This document shows, in pieces, positions 1 to 14,471 of a DNA stretch of 64,000 bases; within the stretch, counting starts at the first letter, position 1, and each line of letters opens with the position of its first letter. The DNA lies in contig NMRA01000623.1 in NCBI GenBank assembly GCA_002633005.1, positions 62,001 through 126,000 on the forward strand, read 5' to 3'. Below the pieces are notes generated by a model. The model saw only the letters and a list, made by a program, of their open reading frames with translations, was not told the DNA's origin and ran no database searches. The translations under genes were made by a program, and so were the position numbers. The DNA comes from Phoronis australis. Taxonomy: Eukaryota; Animalia; Phoronida.

Positions 1-3000
1 TATCGTTCACTTGACTGGCATCTGTGCTGCTCAGTGCAGCTAGGTCTTCGCGCTTTTGGTTTCAATGATCCAGTATCTTCATATACCGGTTTTCAAATCT
101 CGTGACCAGAAATTTCACTTCAGCAACTGAAAGTCTATTAGTTAAATAAGCTCATCATGTAATCAGGTCACGTGGGACCTTCTTTGTACTTAGCCAAAGA
201 TCTACAAAACTAGAAATTTGAATTTAGCAGAAGTACGTGTTTTCTGAAACTTAGACTGTAGAATACGATTTTTGACTTTTAAGGAGTCTGCCATTAATTG
301 AGTCACTTGACCAACCATGTCTTTTTAGTAAAATTTAGCGAAAAAAGAAAATTACATTCTTTGCAAAACAAAAGTGTCAAAATTTCTTTTGATAAATGTT
401 CAAGACAAATTCTCAAAACGTTGTTACATTTTCGTTTTTGTTTTATTTAACATTTGATTTTCTCTTTATAAAAATCATAAGTCCTGTTTTTAATAGCCAC
501 TCGTCCAAAAATGAAAAATTTTAAATGAAACTGTAGACAGCAGTGCATGAATTATGGTGCCTGAGAGTTTCATATGAATCTCGTCGATCAGCCATTTCTG
601 AGATGTGATGAGCCGAAGTTAGGCAGATTTGGACATTTTTATAGGGTCCAACACAGCCTCATTTGAACAGTTTCCGCAATGTGAACTCTCACAGTATTCG
701 TCAGTTCAATACAAACAATGGTTACAATGTCCTGAAACATTAGGAGTCATATTAACCTTCCAAATTAGTAGCCAGCAGTCCGAGTCTTCAAGAATTGAAA
801 AATTCTCTTGTAAATGTTTCGGAAACCCGTGTGACGTCAGTAATAATTGTGACTTCTGCTTTAGTATACACGGCTTCTTTGGAAACATTGTCTCAAAAAA
901 CTTGTTATCTTACTTTACGTATCATGCCATGTATTTGTACATATTTCTCTTCTGCTTTCCTTACATATATTTCTGTTATTTTTATAGGAAACTAGCATCT
1001 CAGCTAATGTTTATTCTTTATTCCCCTGAATCCGATCTAAAATAAAATTTATTATATTCTATTCTAATCTTTTCTATGCTATTCTAATTCCCCGGGGGTA
1101 ATTCACTCATTCTGTCTTACATCATCATAATTCCTTCTATTTGGTAAACTACGGGGACAAACCCCACAGTAGGCAACGGCGAACTGAACAGGAAAAGGAC
1201 TAAACCACGACTCGCCATGTTACTTAATGCTAAATAAACATACGAGGTGATTTGAATGTGTTCAGGTTACCGACGATGAGTTATCTGAAGGCTCATGCCT
1301 CGGCGACCCACACATCTTATGATAAGTAAAATTAAGCCACGACTTTCCTCTGTGCTATACTATAATAGCCGTGACAGTTACCACACTAAGCCGTCATGTA
1401 TTACCGTTAAGGTCTGCTGACCGTAGTAATAACGCTTTCGGGTACCAGTTGGTCACGCACAGGATTGAGTTGACAAAAATGTAATAAAAATCAGTGCGAG
1501 AGAAATGAGAAACACCTGAACACGCTTGTTAGGTAATAAATCTTAACTTCACTGTACACACGTGTGGCTTCTACTTTCTAACTATAACACTCAATACATA
1601 CCGTCATCTTGCCTTCATCGCTTCGTGTGCTCGTAACTTCAGGAGTTAACAAAGTTTGCTTTATGTCAAATCGAGGCTCAGGTATACTTGATTGTGTACA
1701 CACGTATGACAACAATGCGGTATCTAAGCGTATTAGTTGGGGAGACAAGCGCCACGGGTGGGCAGTTTGTAAAAGCTTTTGCTTGGTTTCTGCGCAACAT
1801 TATCAGCGGAATATCAATATTCGTGTGCATTTTGTTCAAGTAATTAGGTTTTCTAGTAAATACGAGTTTTGGTGAAATGACACCGTCACACTTATCATTT
1901 TGTGTATTAAAAATACACAAATGCGTTTTACAAATTGGGTAAAGTGGACCTGATTTGGGTTAGAATAAAAAAGTAGCATTTTGGGTGGGTGAATTCCATG
2001 CCTATTGCGCAGTACCGTATATGCACCTATTAAATCCCACGTGTCAGTAGGTGAATCTCCGTACGCAGAATTTAGCCGCAGGCGCCGTAGATTATTAGAA
2101 AGCTACTTGAGTACGTAAATCCGATGGCATGTGATCTGGCGAAGGTTACTGACCTTTGCCAGATTTACGCCTGGGAGATCGTCATGGTTCTCTTGCATGG
2201 TTTGAGTCCTCCTAGTAGGCACGTGCGGGGCAAATTGTTTCTTTCGGTAATAAACTTCTAAACAAGTATCTCCAATAATAGCAAAACGGGATATATTTAT
2301 AAATACACTTAATTGTGATGTCTATTCTGTTAAATGGAAACTTGGTTAAAACCACGACTTTATTTTCTGTTGAAAAGCTTCACAGACGCATCCTTGTAGT
2401 CTTTACACAGTGCATAGTTATGAAGTAAATTGCCAATAGATGTGGCTATATTTCCGGAGCACGTCTTATAGTAAAATGCGCACACAAATCAACAGTCAGT
2501 GACAACAGGTAGATAAGCGTACAACCAGTGGGCATGAATACAGCAGACGATGGGAAACCTTCACGCTACTAGCGCAACAGAGCCGACGTACGGTAAACTT
2601 AGCACAGAGCTCCAAAAACTTCACTCGAAATGCATGGGCGGCGCAGCACTGAAATAAGTGGGGGTGGCGCCTATGAAATGGGTCGTTTTCTACATAGCGA
2701 ATAGGGGTGTTATCTGCTATATCTTTCGTATTTATTTTAGGGCCAGGCTGGTGTAAAAATGGTAGTCGATGGTCTGAGTGGTCTGAGGATGGACCCACCC
2801 CCGGCCGCAAATACATGGACATTCGTCGGGAAAGGACAGCATTCCGTGTGCCCGGTGCCGGCATTTACGCTGCTCACGAGAATTGGGATAAAAACGTTAT
2901 TCCAGATGTCGTGCATTAACTTGATTGGGACAAAAACATTCATCCACACGACACTTGCATTAATAAAATACAATGGTTTTTAATCAAGTACATGGGCTGC

Positions 3001-3263
3001 TACCGAATTATATCTATTTAAGTTGGCGAATCACGTTATCTTAAATTCCTTTAGATATACCTAAGATATGACAACAACAAAATATAAATAACATAATACT
3101 CCAGGTTACAGACACAAAGTGCGACTGCCATTAAATATGGGGAGAAAAATGAAAGTCAAGTTCTACGTTCAATGGGACTTGCATGAAAGAGTTGCTGCCA
3201 ATGGAGCATTATGTATTTCCAGTCATGTTTGATGTTATAATTAGAGCTGCTTTCGCCCTGTTT

Positions 3264-3411
3264 GGGATTGGAACGAACCGTGTATGAGAATGGGAGGGGA
3301 TTGGAACGAACCGTGTATACGAGAATGGGAGGGGATTGGAACGGCCGTGCACAAGAATGGGAGGGGATTGGAACGAACCATGTAAGAGAATGGGAGGGAT
3401 TGGAACGAACC
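3264..3411. repeat. Purine-rich minisatellite, about 35 nt, 4-5 units
   Basis: Repeated gggattggaacgaaccgtgta...gagaatgggag. It coincides with the left edge of the 10 kb duplication. Confidence 0.85.
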
Positions 3412-4778
3412 ATTTAGGAGAACGATGAAAGGTGGTGGATGTAGCCTACATATATTTCAAAAAATTGTAAATGTTACCAGCACTGCTGCTTTATCAAAAC
3501 ACTCGTATAAAACAGCTACTCAGCTTGGAATTTTTATTTCATTTCCAAATTAGCCATGGCCAAACTTCAATGAATATTAATCTTCTCTTTCTTATGATTG
3601 TGCAGTAGGTGACCCCATTTTCAAAGTTCAACTTTCATCATGTGTTATCATTATCTCCCCTTGTTGGCTCAACTTCAATTTTTCACAAATCACGACCTCA
3701 GAGAAAACGTTTATATCTGTCTGGTAATCATCTTGTAGGATGAATCCAACCAATCACCCAAATTTACTACATGGTTATTTACTCATTGTTATCTGGAAAG
3801 ATGAAATGTGCCACAAGTTCCCACAATATCCCAAGCTTTGTAAACTTATGCATAAGAGGAAGTGTTCACTTTCAACCAACATCATATCCCTGCATCCAAA
3901 CAAAACAAAACATTAGCTAAAAATTTTAATGAATACTATGAAGAACAACGTACAAAAATGGTTTGCAATAATCTGCGTCAAAATCACATCAAGACAAACA
4001 TAATCATGAAAAATAGCGCCTAGAACATTTAATACACTGATCAGGACAGTCACGCATACAGGGCTCGCCTCCCTCTAGCACAGACAGACAGGGACTTTAC
4101 TAATACTTTTCTGAAGGCAAGATTGTGACAGTTATGAAATTAAGGCTGAATTCTTCAATGTTTTTCTCCATAACTCAAAAAATATTAATGACCTGATGTC
4201 AACCACCAAACGTCCCTGCCAGAAATATTAAATAATAAATTTTGCTTTATAAAAAAGCCCCAGAAGAAACAAAACTAGACTAACGACAGCAGCAATAGCA
4301 AAAGCAATAAAAGAGCAATAATAATAATTATGGTTATATAAATGTAAATACAATCGAAAATTTCATGATTCAAAAATTCAAAATGTTCAATCAAAATGGC
4401 ATAATTTCCATAAGTACACCAGTAATCACAAACAATAGTTGCAAGCACACAGTGGTATGTTATGAGATTCCCTCCAGCTCATCTATTTCCTGCTAGAAGC
4501 GTCCAGGTCATGACTATTACTGACCTCAACTGTCAATCTGCCCATCTTGGCCACATCCTCTCCCCTTTACTGTCCACTAGCTCCATCTAGAGGTGGTCCT
4601 AGTTATGACTTGTACGGATCTGAACTGTCAATCTGCCCATCTTGGCCACCTTTCCCACCCCTTTACTGCCCACTAGCTCAACCTAAAAGTGGTCCAGGTC
4701 GCGACTAGTACTAATATGAAATGTCAATCAGCACATCTTGGCCAAATTCCCCTCCCATTTACAGCCCACTAGCTCCAC

Positions 4779-7700
4779 CTAAAAGTGGTCCAGGTCGCGA
4801 CTAGTACTGATCTGAACTGTCAATCTGCCCATCTTGGCCACATTCCCCTCCCGTTTACTTCCCACTAGCTCGACCTCCATCATCTGATTATCCACCTCAT
4901 CTGTCGCAGTGAACACGTGTTTTCCCATGTACTCATCCTTGAGCACATTGGCGTTCCAGATCTGTAAGCAGATTTATCAAGATCGTCAATAGTGGGCATT
5001 GCGCATTTAACAGGTTCATTTCCAAAGTTTCTTTAGAAGAGAATTTCTTTATGCCAAATAAAATATTCTAAAATTAAGACATCATGTGTAATGTTGAGGT
5101 GGGTATTCACCAGGCTGAGTATTAAAAATTCAGGTGAAAAAAACATGATGCATTATCAGTCATTGAAAGATTTGTCTAAAATTGATATCCTGCCCTCCTG
5201 GCATGTAGGTTGTCTCCTGTATGACATTTTGAATTTGAGTTAATTGAATCCCGGCGATGGACAGTTCAGAGACCATCGTATCCATTGTAATTTGATACCT
5301 AAGCGAATGATGGAAATTTCTTGAAAATTCGTGAAAAAACTACCATGCAAAAGGTTAAGCAAGCATACTAACGTCCATTCTTGTGCGTATCTGTTGGCAA
5401 AAACTTGAACTCAAGCTTTCATTTTTACTTGACATTGGCTCAGTTGCATTCAAACATATCGTCATTTTTGCTTGATGAGAAAAAGCTTCCCTCGAACAAT
5501 TAACAACAATGGCGCAGACTTGTCACCAATAAGCAACGCGCTGTATGGTTGTTATCTACTCCAACGAATAACAGAGCTAGTTTTAAACAAACCAAGGCTC
5601 AGCAAAAATAGAGTTATTTATAAACTGACTAAGACACGAGTCTACCAAGCTTGAAGCTCATAGAATGAATTTTTGATTCAATTTTTAAGACATAGAAGCA
5701 CAATTTTTCTATAACAAAAATCCAGAGTTCTGTGCCATTGTATTTTAAGAATTCTGAAACAAATACAGACAATCTGTACTGGCAGACAGTTGCTAGGCCA
5801 CCATGACTGCACACACTCGCACACATACACCCACAGTGACAGTGCACAGTGCCTGCACACACATACTCACACATATACCCACAGTGACAGCGCACAGTAC
5901 CTGCACACAAACACGCACATATACACTTACAATGACAGTGCACAGTACCTGCACACACCACACACACTCACACATACACCCACACTGACAGTGCACAGTA
6001 CCTGCACACACACATGCATACATACACCCACAGTGACAGTGCACAGTACCTGCACACACACACACACTCACACATACACCCACAGTGACAGTGCACAGTA
6101 CCTGCACTTTAATAGGCTTCTGAGCACTTCTTCTGAAGAATATACACGACTCATTCCAATCTGGATCAACTGTGTCCTTGATAGTGCGAGTACGAACACT
6201 GGTGCCCTCACAAGAAACTATGCAGTATGGATCAGCTCCTGTGAATCACAAAATACAAACTATGCAGTATGGACCAGCCCCTGTGGATCACAAAATACAA
6301 ACTATGCAGTATGGACCAGCCCCTGTGGATCACAAAATACAAACTATGCAGTATGGATTAGCCACATGCTTGGTAGCTTACTAATTTATCCTAGCACCAT
6401 GGCAACCACTGAAGTGATGGGTTAGTGAGACTGGAATTCACTGTTTCCATTCCATAAGCAATGTAAGTTAATGTGTTAGGTTCTCCTACCGCAGTCCAGG
6501 CTTACCTCCCTGTTTGTCCTGCTTCTCAAGGCCAACAGCTTTAACCAGTCTCACTCTTGTTGTCATTATAGGAGCTGTGAAGAACAAACAGGCACACATG
6601 CCAGGCTGTGGGTGATCCTCAGATAATTCCCTGGAAAGGTTCAAATTATGCGAGTTGAGCAGCAAACCAAATAACGACAAATGATTCAACTCTGAACACT
6701 TTAGCAGTTAACTGCCCAAGTTCGATGTTAGATAGAACCCAAGCAGTTAACAGTGCACAACAGACGGGACTAGCTGTAAGGGCCCAGTCACAGCAAACTC
6801 GTTCTCAAAATATTCAAGCTCAAGTTAGCAGTTTCATGAAAATGAACTTGGGGTGGGTGCAGACGTGCAAAAAACAAGCCTCGTATATTACTAACTTTGA
6901 ATCATTAGATGAACTTGTATACAATCGCAGAAGGAAGTTGCCCGGGTGACCTCTGTCAAATGTGGCAGGTACAATGACGTATCTTCCTTTCTTGAGAAGA
7001 TGTCTCAAGAAGATTCCCCGACTGTTTTTAAACACGGATGACTTGACCATTTCTTGAGGCTGGTGCAAGCGGTAGCTGCGGTTTTCTTCCACCTTTAACA
7101 CAAGTAGAACGTTGATACACAGTCACAGAGATCTGGACCCTACTGTTACACTATGGGTAATTCAGTGTTTTCCCAGAACACTCGTCTGATTGTAATACAA
7201 TCATGAGGTTGAAATACAATTACACCCGTTGCTGCTAATGAGACCACATACGTTATTAGAAAGAGAAACTGTTCAAAAAGCGGAACGATGAACAGAGTAA
7301 TTTTCCACCCTTCACATAAAATTTTAAGAGAGCATTCAGCAATTTTAATTTTTTGAAGTGGTTTAAGTTCAAGCATTTGGTTTCACTCACAACAGTATAT
7401 CAAGTGTCCATTCTCGTCCTCTACCTCTGTCAATAAACACAACAACACAAAAGTAATACCTTCATCACATGGAAGCCTATCGTATCTTTTTCTGCATCCT
7501 TGCCACGGCCGACTTTCTGTTCAAGAGATATCATTACATCCTCATCTTCTTCTTCGGTAATAGTAAATGCATACTGCAAAGAAGAAAGTGAAGCTAAAAG
7601 TAAGTGTGTTTCTTATGTTACAAAACGTAAATTAAAAAGTAGAGGAAAGTGCTTAGATTGATCACACAAAGTGACCATCATAAATTTATTCCAGCCATTC

Positions 7701-10700
7701 ACCTTCCAGCACAACACTTATCCACATAGTCCAGTTCTAAAGCGGCTATAAATCTTGACTTCTACCATAAAAACCAACTTCTATTCGGACCACTAACTGT
7801 TATGAACTTGGCCTCAAATTGTTTTTTAGCAAAATTAGTATTTCAGGGCTTTGAAGCACAGTTGGTTATTGCTTGAGACCAGGCTCTACAAGTTGGCTTG
7901 TCACGACAGGTCACTGAGTGCACCGAGTATAGTCGCAAGGAATAACAAAATGAAAGCTCTCTACAAACCCAGCAAACACTTCTCAAGTTGAAATCAATTT
8001 TCTGGTGGTTAGTAGTCTAAATCAATAGTTAGGTTCTTGGACACACTGTAAGTTCATCATCCATTTTAGGTATGTCTACCAGGGGAGGGTTTGTTGGAAG
8101 GGCGAGTAACCAGTGAGGAGGGTTCAGGACTCGTGTGGTTCACTACACTTGATGGTTTCTAACAAACTTGTTCCTTAACGTATGGATTTCTAAGAAATGT
8201 GCCACTTTACCTGTGGATTTTTCAGGAATGTGTCCTTGTTATTAGCACAGCCTCCTGCACGGTCAGGCTCCGTCCACGTACCATGGTAGACAGCCTCGTG
8301 ATACTTCTTATGAACGCTGAGGAAGGAGGTATTCACTACACGACAGATGGTCATGTTCATGAAGTAACGGCAGTAATCCTCCAGCAGCATCCTAATAAAT
8401 AAGTCAATGGCTTAGAAACCCTTGAAACACTGTGCAGGTTAGTTAAGTGAATTAACGAGATCGAGCAGAGTGTTGATGTGCACTCACCATGTGCATCAAA
8501 AACAGCACTGATACAAGGGATGGTCACTTTTTGAACATTCTCCCTACAGGGACCAATACAAGTTAACTTAAAATAGCCTCCAGTGGCTGGTTGCATGAAA
8601 CGATCCCAAATAGGGACTCGACTAAGGTCCCTAAGTCTTTTTGAATATTTGTGTCTTTATGGACTCGCAAATGCAATATTTTTCTATCATTTCATCATTA
8701 TTATGAGCTCCTTTTTATTAATGACATTTTCTAATAATATAACTAAAAACTGAGTCCAGAGTTCATTGAAAGTAAATAGGGACTCAGTCCTTAAATTTAG
8801 GGGTGTTGTATGAAAAGATCCCTGATTATTTTTGATAATATTGACAATTCAACATAGAGTTTACTCTCAATTTTGTATCAAAGTCGAAAGTTGACTTAGT
8901 AATGAAACTTAAACAATACAAGAAAGGGCGATCGATGTTTTCACAAGTCCAAAAACACACAGGAGATTTAGGGAACTTAGTAGATTTAGGGAACTTAGTC
9001 AAGTCCCTATTTGGGACTTTTTCATGCAACCGGGCACAGGGGCCGCAAAGCAAGTCAGCTAAGCTCTCCTCAACTACAACACATCCCTCACCTTTCCTCA
9101 CGATTCGTCAAGCAGTTCAGCAGGTATTGAGGTGGATGAAAAAACAGATACAAATATGGTAAAAAGGCCACTAGGGGGCACAGAGAAACGGGGCATGTGC
9201 CGTCATCTTCCTGACAGTAACTTATTTGCCAAATTTCATAAAGATCCTCCACACAACTTGATAGATATTGAGCCACAGGTATAAAGCTGCCAGTCATGCT
9301 CTTCATATTGTAAGTCGTGTTCTCAGTAGGAACACACACATGGTCATTTTCAAAACTATTTGTCATGCAGTTTAGAGGATAGAGAGGTGGACCACAAAAG
9401 AACAGGACTCAAAAAATAAACATTCAAGAGTAACACAGAGCATTGGTATGCACCCACCGTGTGAATCACAAACAGTGCAGACACAAGAGATGTTCCTTAT
9501 TTCATACCTTCCCACTAAACAGAGCAATGTTAGTAAACTAGCTGGTGCAAAGCAAGTCAGCAGTGCTCTCCTCCATAGTCACACACCTGCCAATTTACAT
9601 CAAGAACTTTGGAGGATAGAGAGGCAGAAGACAAAGGACACAAAAACAGAAAGGCCACTAGGAGACACAACGTGGGTCAAATCCACCTGAAACAGGACCA
9701 GTGCTGCCGTCTATAATACTACAAACATCCATCAAGGATTATTGGTAGATATCAAGCCTAACACAAAGAAAACAAAATTGCCACCAGGCAGCTCCATAGC
9801 TAGTTGCATATGTCCCATCAATCGTACTTGTCTCAAAAGATCCATCAAGGAATCTGAATTGAGCCACAAACAAACAAAATAAAATCACCAAAAAAGGATG
9901 CCACACCATTAGGACCCATGCAAAAATCATCCTCAGCAATGCACTTCCAAGTGAAAACATATAATCTTAAATTCATATCTATTTGTCAAATTTCATGAAA
10001 ATCTGTCAAGGAACTTCGAAAACACAGAGGCAAGTGTACAAATTAAAATTGCTACTAAGGGGCACATCTGTAGTCAGATTCATTAGAATATTTCGCTCAT
10101 GCTGTCCCATCCATGATTAAAACATGCATGTCTGCAAAAATTCACGAAAATCCATCACAGGGTTTTAGAGATACAACAGTGAACGTTGGACGCCAGACGG
10201 GGATTATTTTTGTGTGGGCGCAAAATGTGATTAGGAGCAAGTGGATTATTGTGGCAGAAATAAATTATTACTTTTACGTCCATTTGTAAAATAGGTTTGA
10301 TCACAAAAAAGGGAGTCTTATCCGAATAGATTGTAAAATACATTTTGCCTTAAGCCCCCCCCCCTCAAGGACAAAAGTTTCTATTGAAAAGTTTCTGAGC
10401 ACCTGTACACACCTCTTGGCTGGGGCAACCTAACTATTAAGTGCCTGGAGTTACTCACCAGAATTCACCATCATCCTCAAAGGTTAGGCCAATCTTTTCA
10501 CGGTCAGATGAACTAATTTTATTCCACTCAGCTGACCTGAAAAATACATTGTTGAAACAAAGCCTTAGCAAACCTCAAGATATCCCATACACAAATACTC
10601 ATGTAGACAAATTCATTGACAATTCAGAAACAAAACTCACATGTAAGCTCATCAAATAATTATATATCCCTTTAAAGAGCCTCTAGCCTCACTCACCCAT

Positions 10701-12703
10701 CACTGAATCTGCCCTTCCACTCCACTTCACCCCAGGGATTCCGTAGACGGACCATAGCAAGCTTCTCCTTATTAAAAAGGTTGAACAAACCCGTCCCAGA
10801 CAGCGCTACTCGCTTCACTGCAGTGATTCCATAGGCATGACCTTTGACCAACCCGACATCAGTGTGGGCCTCCATTTCTGATGCGCTTGTTGCCTATGTT
10901 AAAGGAAATAACTAACATGTTCTCATGAACAGTCACTAGACTATTGATAACACTAGTGCAATAGAACACTACATATAGTCACTAGATCACTGATAACACT
11001 AGTGCACTAGAATACTACATTATTTTGAAATCTGAAATATCTGATGCAGTAATCATAGTCAAAAAATTGTTTTTACAGCATTCAGAATGTTGTTTTTGAA
11101 TGACTCCATGAACTCAACATAAAAGATTTTTATTTCATTACAAAAAGGCACTTGGATCTATCTCCATCGCGATAACTTGACACAGAGTCCAGTAACAATA
11201 GTGATACACTTACAGGTATAGCTGCAGCCATCAGAGACCTTCTGTCCATCTCTTTACTCATCACATGGTACAGTTCTCCCTGCTTCTCGCTGTCCTCGCT
11301 GTAACCTTGGGTCAGGTCAATAGGTTCAGCTATACCGCCCGTGAAGTCAACAAGAGCCTCTTCCAGGCCCCCACCGTCCAGGGCTTCATAGCATCCAAAT
11401 AACCTGGGGTAACACAAGATTTAGAATGAATCACGAGTTTAAACATACGAGAAACTCATATGACAGTAGAAATTTTTAAACACACTTACAAGAAACTACA
11501 AATTACCAGATCCATTAAGTATTCAGGTAGAACAAGCACAAAGGCTGCACACTATTTGGGACAACACAGATCACACAGTGAGATTAAGAGAGGATTGTGG
11601 GACACTACAGGTGTATACTGTAATTATCTGTGTAAATGCCCACAGGTTCATTTTCAATATTTTCTTTGGGACATCCATATTTCTCAGCTGAACACCTACC
11701 ACTACTTTTTTGCTGTGTACATTTACTTATATAAATACAGCAATACACTAGACTATGAATGCCAGTTGCAGTAGGTCTTTCAGTGATGTGCAGGACTGTG
11801 AATCACATAATGTAACATTTAGAATTAAGAACATGAATGTGATCTACAAGCATACTCTTCCCAGTGACATTATTTAAGTGTGTGAATAAATCCATCCTCT
11901 CAACATGCAAACCAACTTTTGATTGAAACCACTCATCATTATGAAATTGGCCTCGATTTGTTCCTTTGTCAAACTGGAGGTGCTTTTAGTTTGTAGAAAG
12001 AACGGACAAGTTTGCTATAAGTCGGTTGCCTCGGCCAATCATTTATGCGCTTAGCATGACCATAAAGAATAACAAATTGTCAGTTCTTCGAAAATTCAAA
12101 AATCACTTCTCATCTGAGCATAGATTATACAACAGATTTGCGACTTCGAAATCCTAGAGGAGGCACCACCCTCTAAACATAGCAAACTCAGCTTCCCGTT
12201 GGAGTATTGCGACGGGAAATTCTTGCATCAATTTTACTGTCCAGCATAGCAGACGACATACTTGCCGGAAGTAAAGCGCGCTATGTCCGCCAGGTGTCAC
12301 TAGTGAATAGCGACATCACGGTTTATGCGTAAGATCACAGATGTCTTCCATTGAAAATATATAGAGTTGGCAGTACATGTACTACAGTCTGAGTACGGAA
12401 AGTGTTAATACCAATTTTACAGTCTATATGGTAAGCAGTGTAAATCAAAAGTTCGCTTCTTGGATGGGACACAGGTTTAAAGCCGTTTACTCACTTTGCA
12501 TAAGCCTTTTCCAGAAGCGCACTCCAAAACTCATTGCGCTCTTTAGAATGAACAAAGACCAGCTCTCCATTAATGGTTGGCAGCTGGTCGTCAATGACAA
12601 CATCCACCCACTCGCCGTAGCGGCAGAACTGGAAGTGAAAGATGCCAGCGTAATTCTCCGGCTTCTCTGCATTCCATTCTTGGTCTTTCCAGTTTGGAAT
12701 TAC
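4779..12703 (-). CDS. CAPN5: Second, 5'-truncated copy of the calpain-5 gene (exons 3-12 only); probably an allelic haplotype or false duplication
   Basis: Exons 12703-12495, 11403-11214, 10893-10697, 10536-10459, 8391-8211, 7573-7460, 7092-6896, 6630-6506, 6238-6102 and 4961-4779 have the same sizes and splice sites as the full copy. It lacks the ATG exon and the catalytic-Cys exon and stops at the N at 13001. Confidence 0.85.
5806..6107 (-). repeat. Same donor-spanning minisatellite in the first calpain copy (5 extra copies, 48-53 nt spacing)
   Basis: gtgcag|GTactg recurs at about 6100 (true), 6048, 6000, 5947 and 5899, with a GC variant at about 5851. Confidence 0.9.
6216..6360 (-). repeat. 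Same 42-nt acceptor-spanning minisatellite in the first calpain copy (4 units including the exonic one)
   Basis: ctatgcagtatgg occurs 4 times at 42-nt spacing. The true acceptor is at 6238/6239. Confidence 0.9.
8581..9039. mobile_element. MITE-like non-autonomous DNA element with about 55-nt imperfect TIRs (second copy about 18570-19032)
   Basis: Left cagtggctggttgcatgaaacgatcccaaatagggactcgactaaggtccctaagtc is the reverse complement of right gatttagggaacttagtcaagtccctatttgggactttttcatgcaaccgggcacag, with few mismatches. No clear TSD. Confidence 0.7.
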
Positions 12704-13142
12704 CTAAAACAAACATTGATTATGTTAAAGTAAAACATTCATCACCAGTGTTAAAGCTGCACAGTATCGGCCTGTTTAGCAGACTAAAAACAAAAACTGA
12801 AGGCTTTTTACTCACATCTTAGACTATAGTACATGGACCGCCAACTCCATTGTTTTCAATGGACGAAATCTGTGACGTTACGCATAAGCTGTGATGTCAT
12901 TATTCACTAGTAACTCCTGGCGAAATTAGCAAGTGTTACTTCTGGCAAGTACGTCGTCTGCTAATCGTGCTCGGCTGTTGTGTGGTTGAGTGCCAAAACT
13001 NGGAGGGGATTGGAACGAACCATTTAGGAGAATGATGAAAGGTGGTGGATGTAGCCTACACATATTTCAAAAAATTGTAAATGTTACCAGCACTGCTGCT
13101 TTATCAAAACACTCGTATAAAACATCTACTTAGCATGAAGTT

Positions 13143-13148
13143 TTTATT
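13143..13148 (-). promoter_or_regulatory. Candidate AATAAA polyadenylation signal of calpain-5 (counterpart 3533-3538)
   Basis: TTTATT on the plus strand about 1.2 kb past the stop codon, present in both copies. Confidence 0.35.
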
Positions 13149-14086
13149 TCATTTCCAAATTAGCCATGGCCAAAAAACTTCAATGAATATTAATCTTTTC
13201 TTTCTTATGATTGTGCAGTATGTGACCCAATTTTCAAAGTTCAACTTTCATCATGTGTTATCATTATCTCCCCTTGTTGGCTCAACTTCAATTTTTCACA
13301 AATCACAACCTCTGTCTAGTAATCATCTTGTTGGATAAATCCAACCAATCACCCAAATTTACTACATGGTCATTCACTCATTGTTATCTGGAAAGATGAA
13401 ATGTGCCACAAGTTCCTACAATATCCCAAGTTTTGTAAACTCATGCATAAGAGGAAGTGTTCACTCTCAACCAACATCATATCCCTGCATCCAAACAAAA
13501 CAAAACATTAGCTAAAAATTTTAATGAATACTATGAAGAACAACGTACAAAAATGCCTTGCAATAATCTGCGTCAAAATCACATCAAGACAAACATAATC
13601 ATGAAAAATAGCGCCTAGAACATTTAGTACACTGATCAGGACAGTCACGCACACAGGGCTCACCTCCCTCTAGCACAGACGGACAGGGACTTTACTAATA
13701 CTTTTCTGAAGGCAAGATTGTGACAGTTATGAAATTAAGGCTGAATTCTTTAATGTTTTTCTCCATAATTCAAAAAATATTAATGACCTGATGTCAACCA
13801 CCAAACGTCCCTGCCAGAAATATTAAATAATAAATTTTGCTTTATAAAAAAGCCCCAGAAGAAACAACACTAGACTAACGACAGCAGCAATAGCAAAAGC
13901 AATAAAAGAGCAATAATAATAATTATGGTTATATAAATGTAAATACATTCGTAAATTCATGATTCAAAAATTCAAAATGTTCAATCAAAATGGCATAATT
14001 TCCATAAGTACACCAGTAATCACAAACAATAGTTGCAAGCACACAGTGGTATGTTATGAGATTCCCTCCAGCTCATCTATTTCCTG

Positions 14087-14471
14087 CTAGAAGCGTCCTG
14101 GTCATGACTATTACTGACCTGAACTGTCAATCTGCCCAACTTGGCCACATCCTTTCCCCTTTACTGCCCACTAGCTCCATCTAGAGGTGGTCCTAGTTAT
14201 GACTTGTACTGATCTGAACTGTCAATCTGCCCATCTTGGCCACCTTCCCCACCCCTTTACTGCCCACTAGCTCAACCTAAAAGTGGTCCAGGTCGCGACT
14301 AGTACTAATATGAAATGTCAATCAGCACATCTTGGCCACCAAATTCCCCTCCCATTTACAGCCCACTAGCTCCACCTAAAAGTGGTCCAGGTCGCGACTA
14401 GTACTGATCTGAACTGTCAATCTGCCCATCTTGGCCACATTCCCCTCCCGTTTACTTCCTACTAGCTCCAC
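14087..14471 (-). repeat. About 96-nt tandem repeat (4 units) copying the last 31 codons plus stop of calpain-5 into its 3' UTR
   Basis: The coding unit [31 protein letters not shown] (14471-14376) is followed by three degenerate copies, each ending in TAG (14277, 14181, about 14087). The equivalent array in copy 1 is at 4493-4874. Confidence 0.9.

Noticed and set aside
1-3260. Short ORFs at 629-1045, 1609-1920 and 2496-2983
   Set aside because: No recognisable domains or consistent splice structure; treated as intergenic or repeat-derived.
4779-12703. Novel catalytically dead calpain paralogue
   Set aside because: Truncation coincides with an assembly N and divergence is allele-like, so it is better explained as a haplotig until reads show otherwise.
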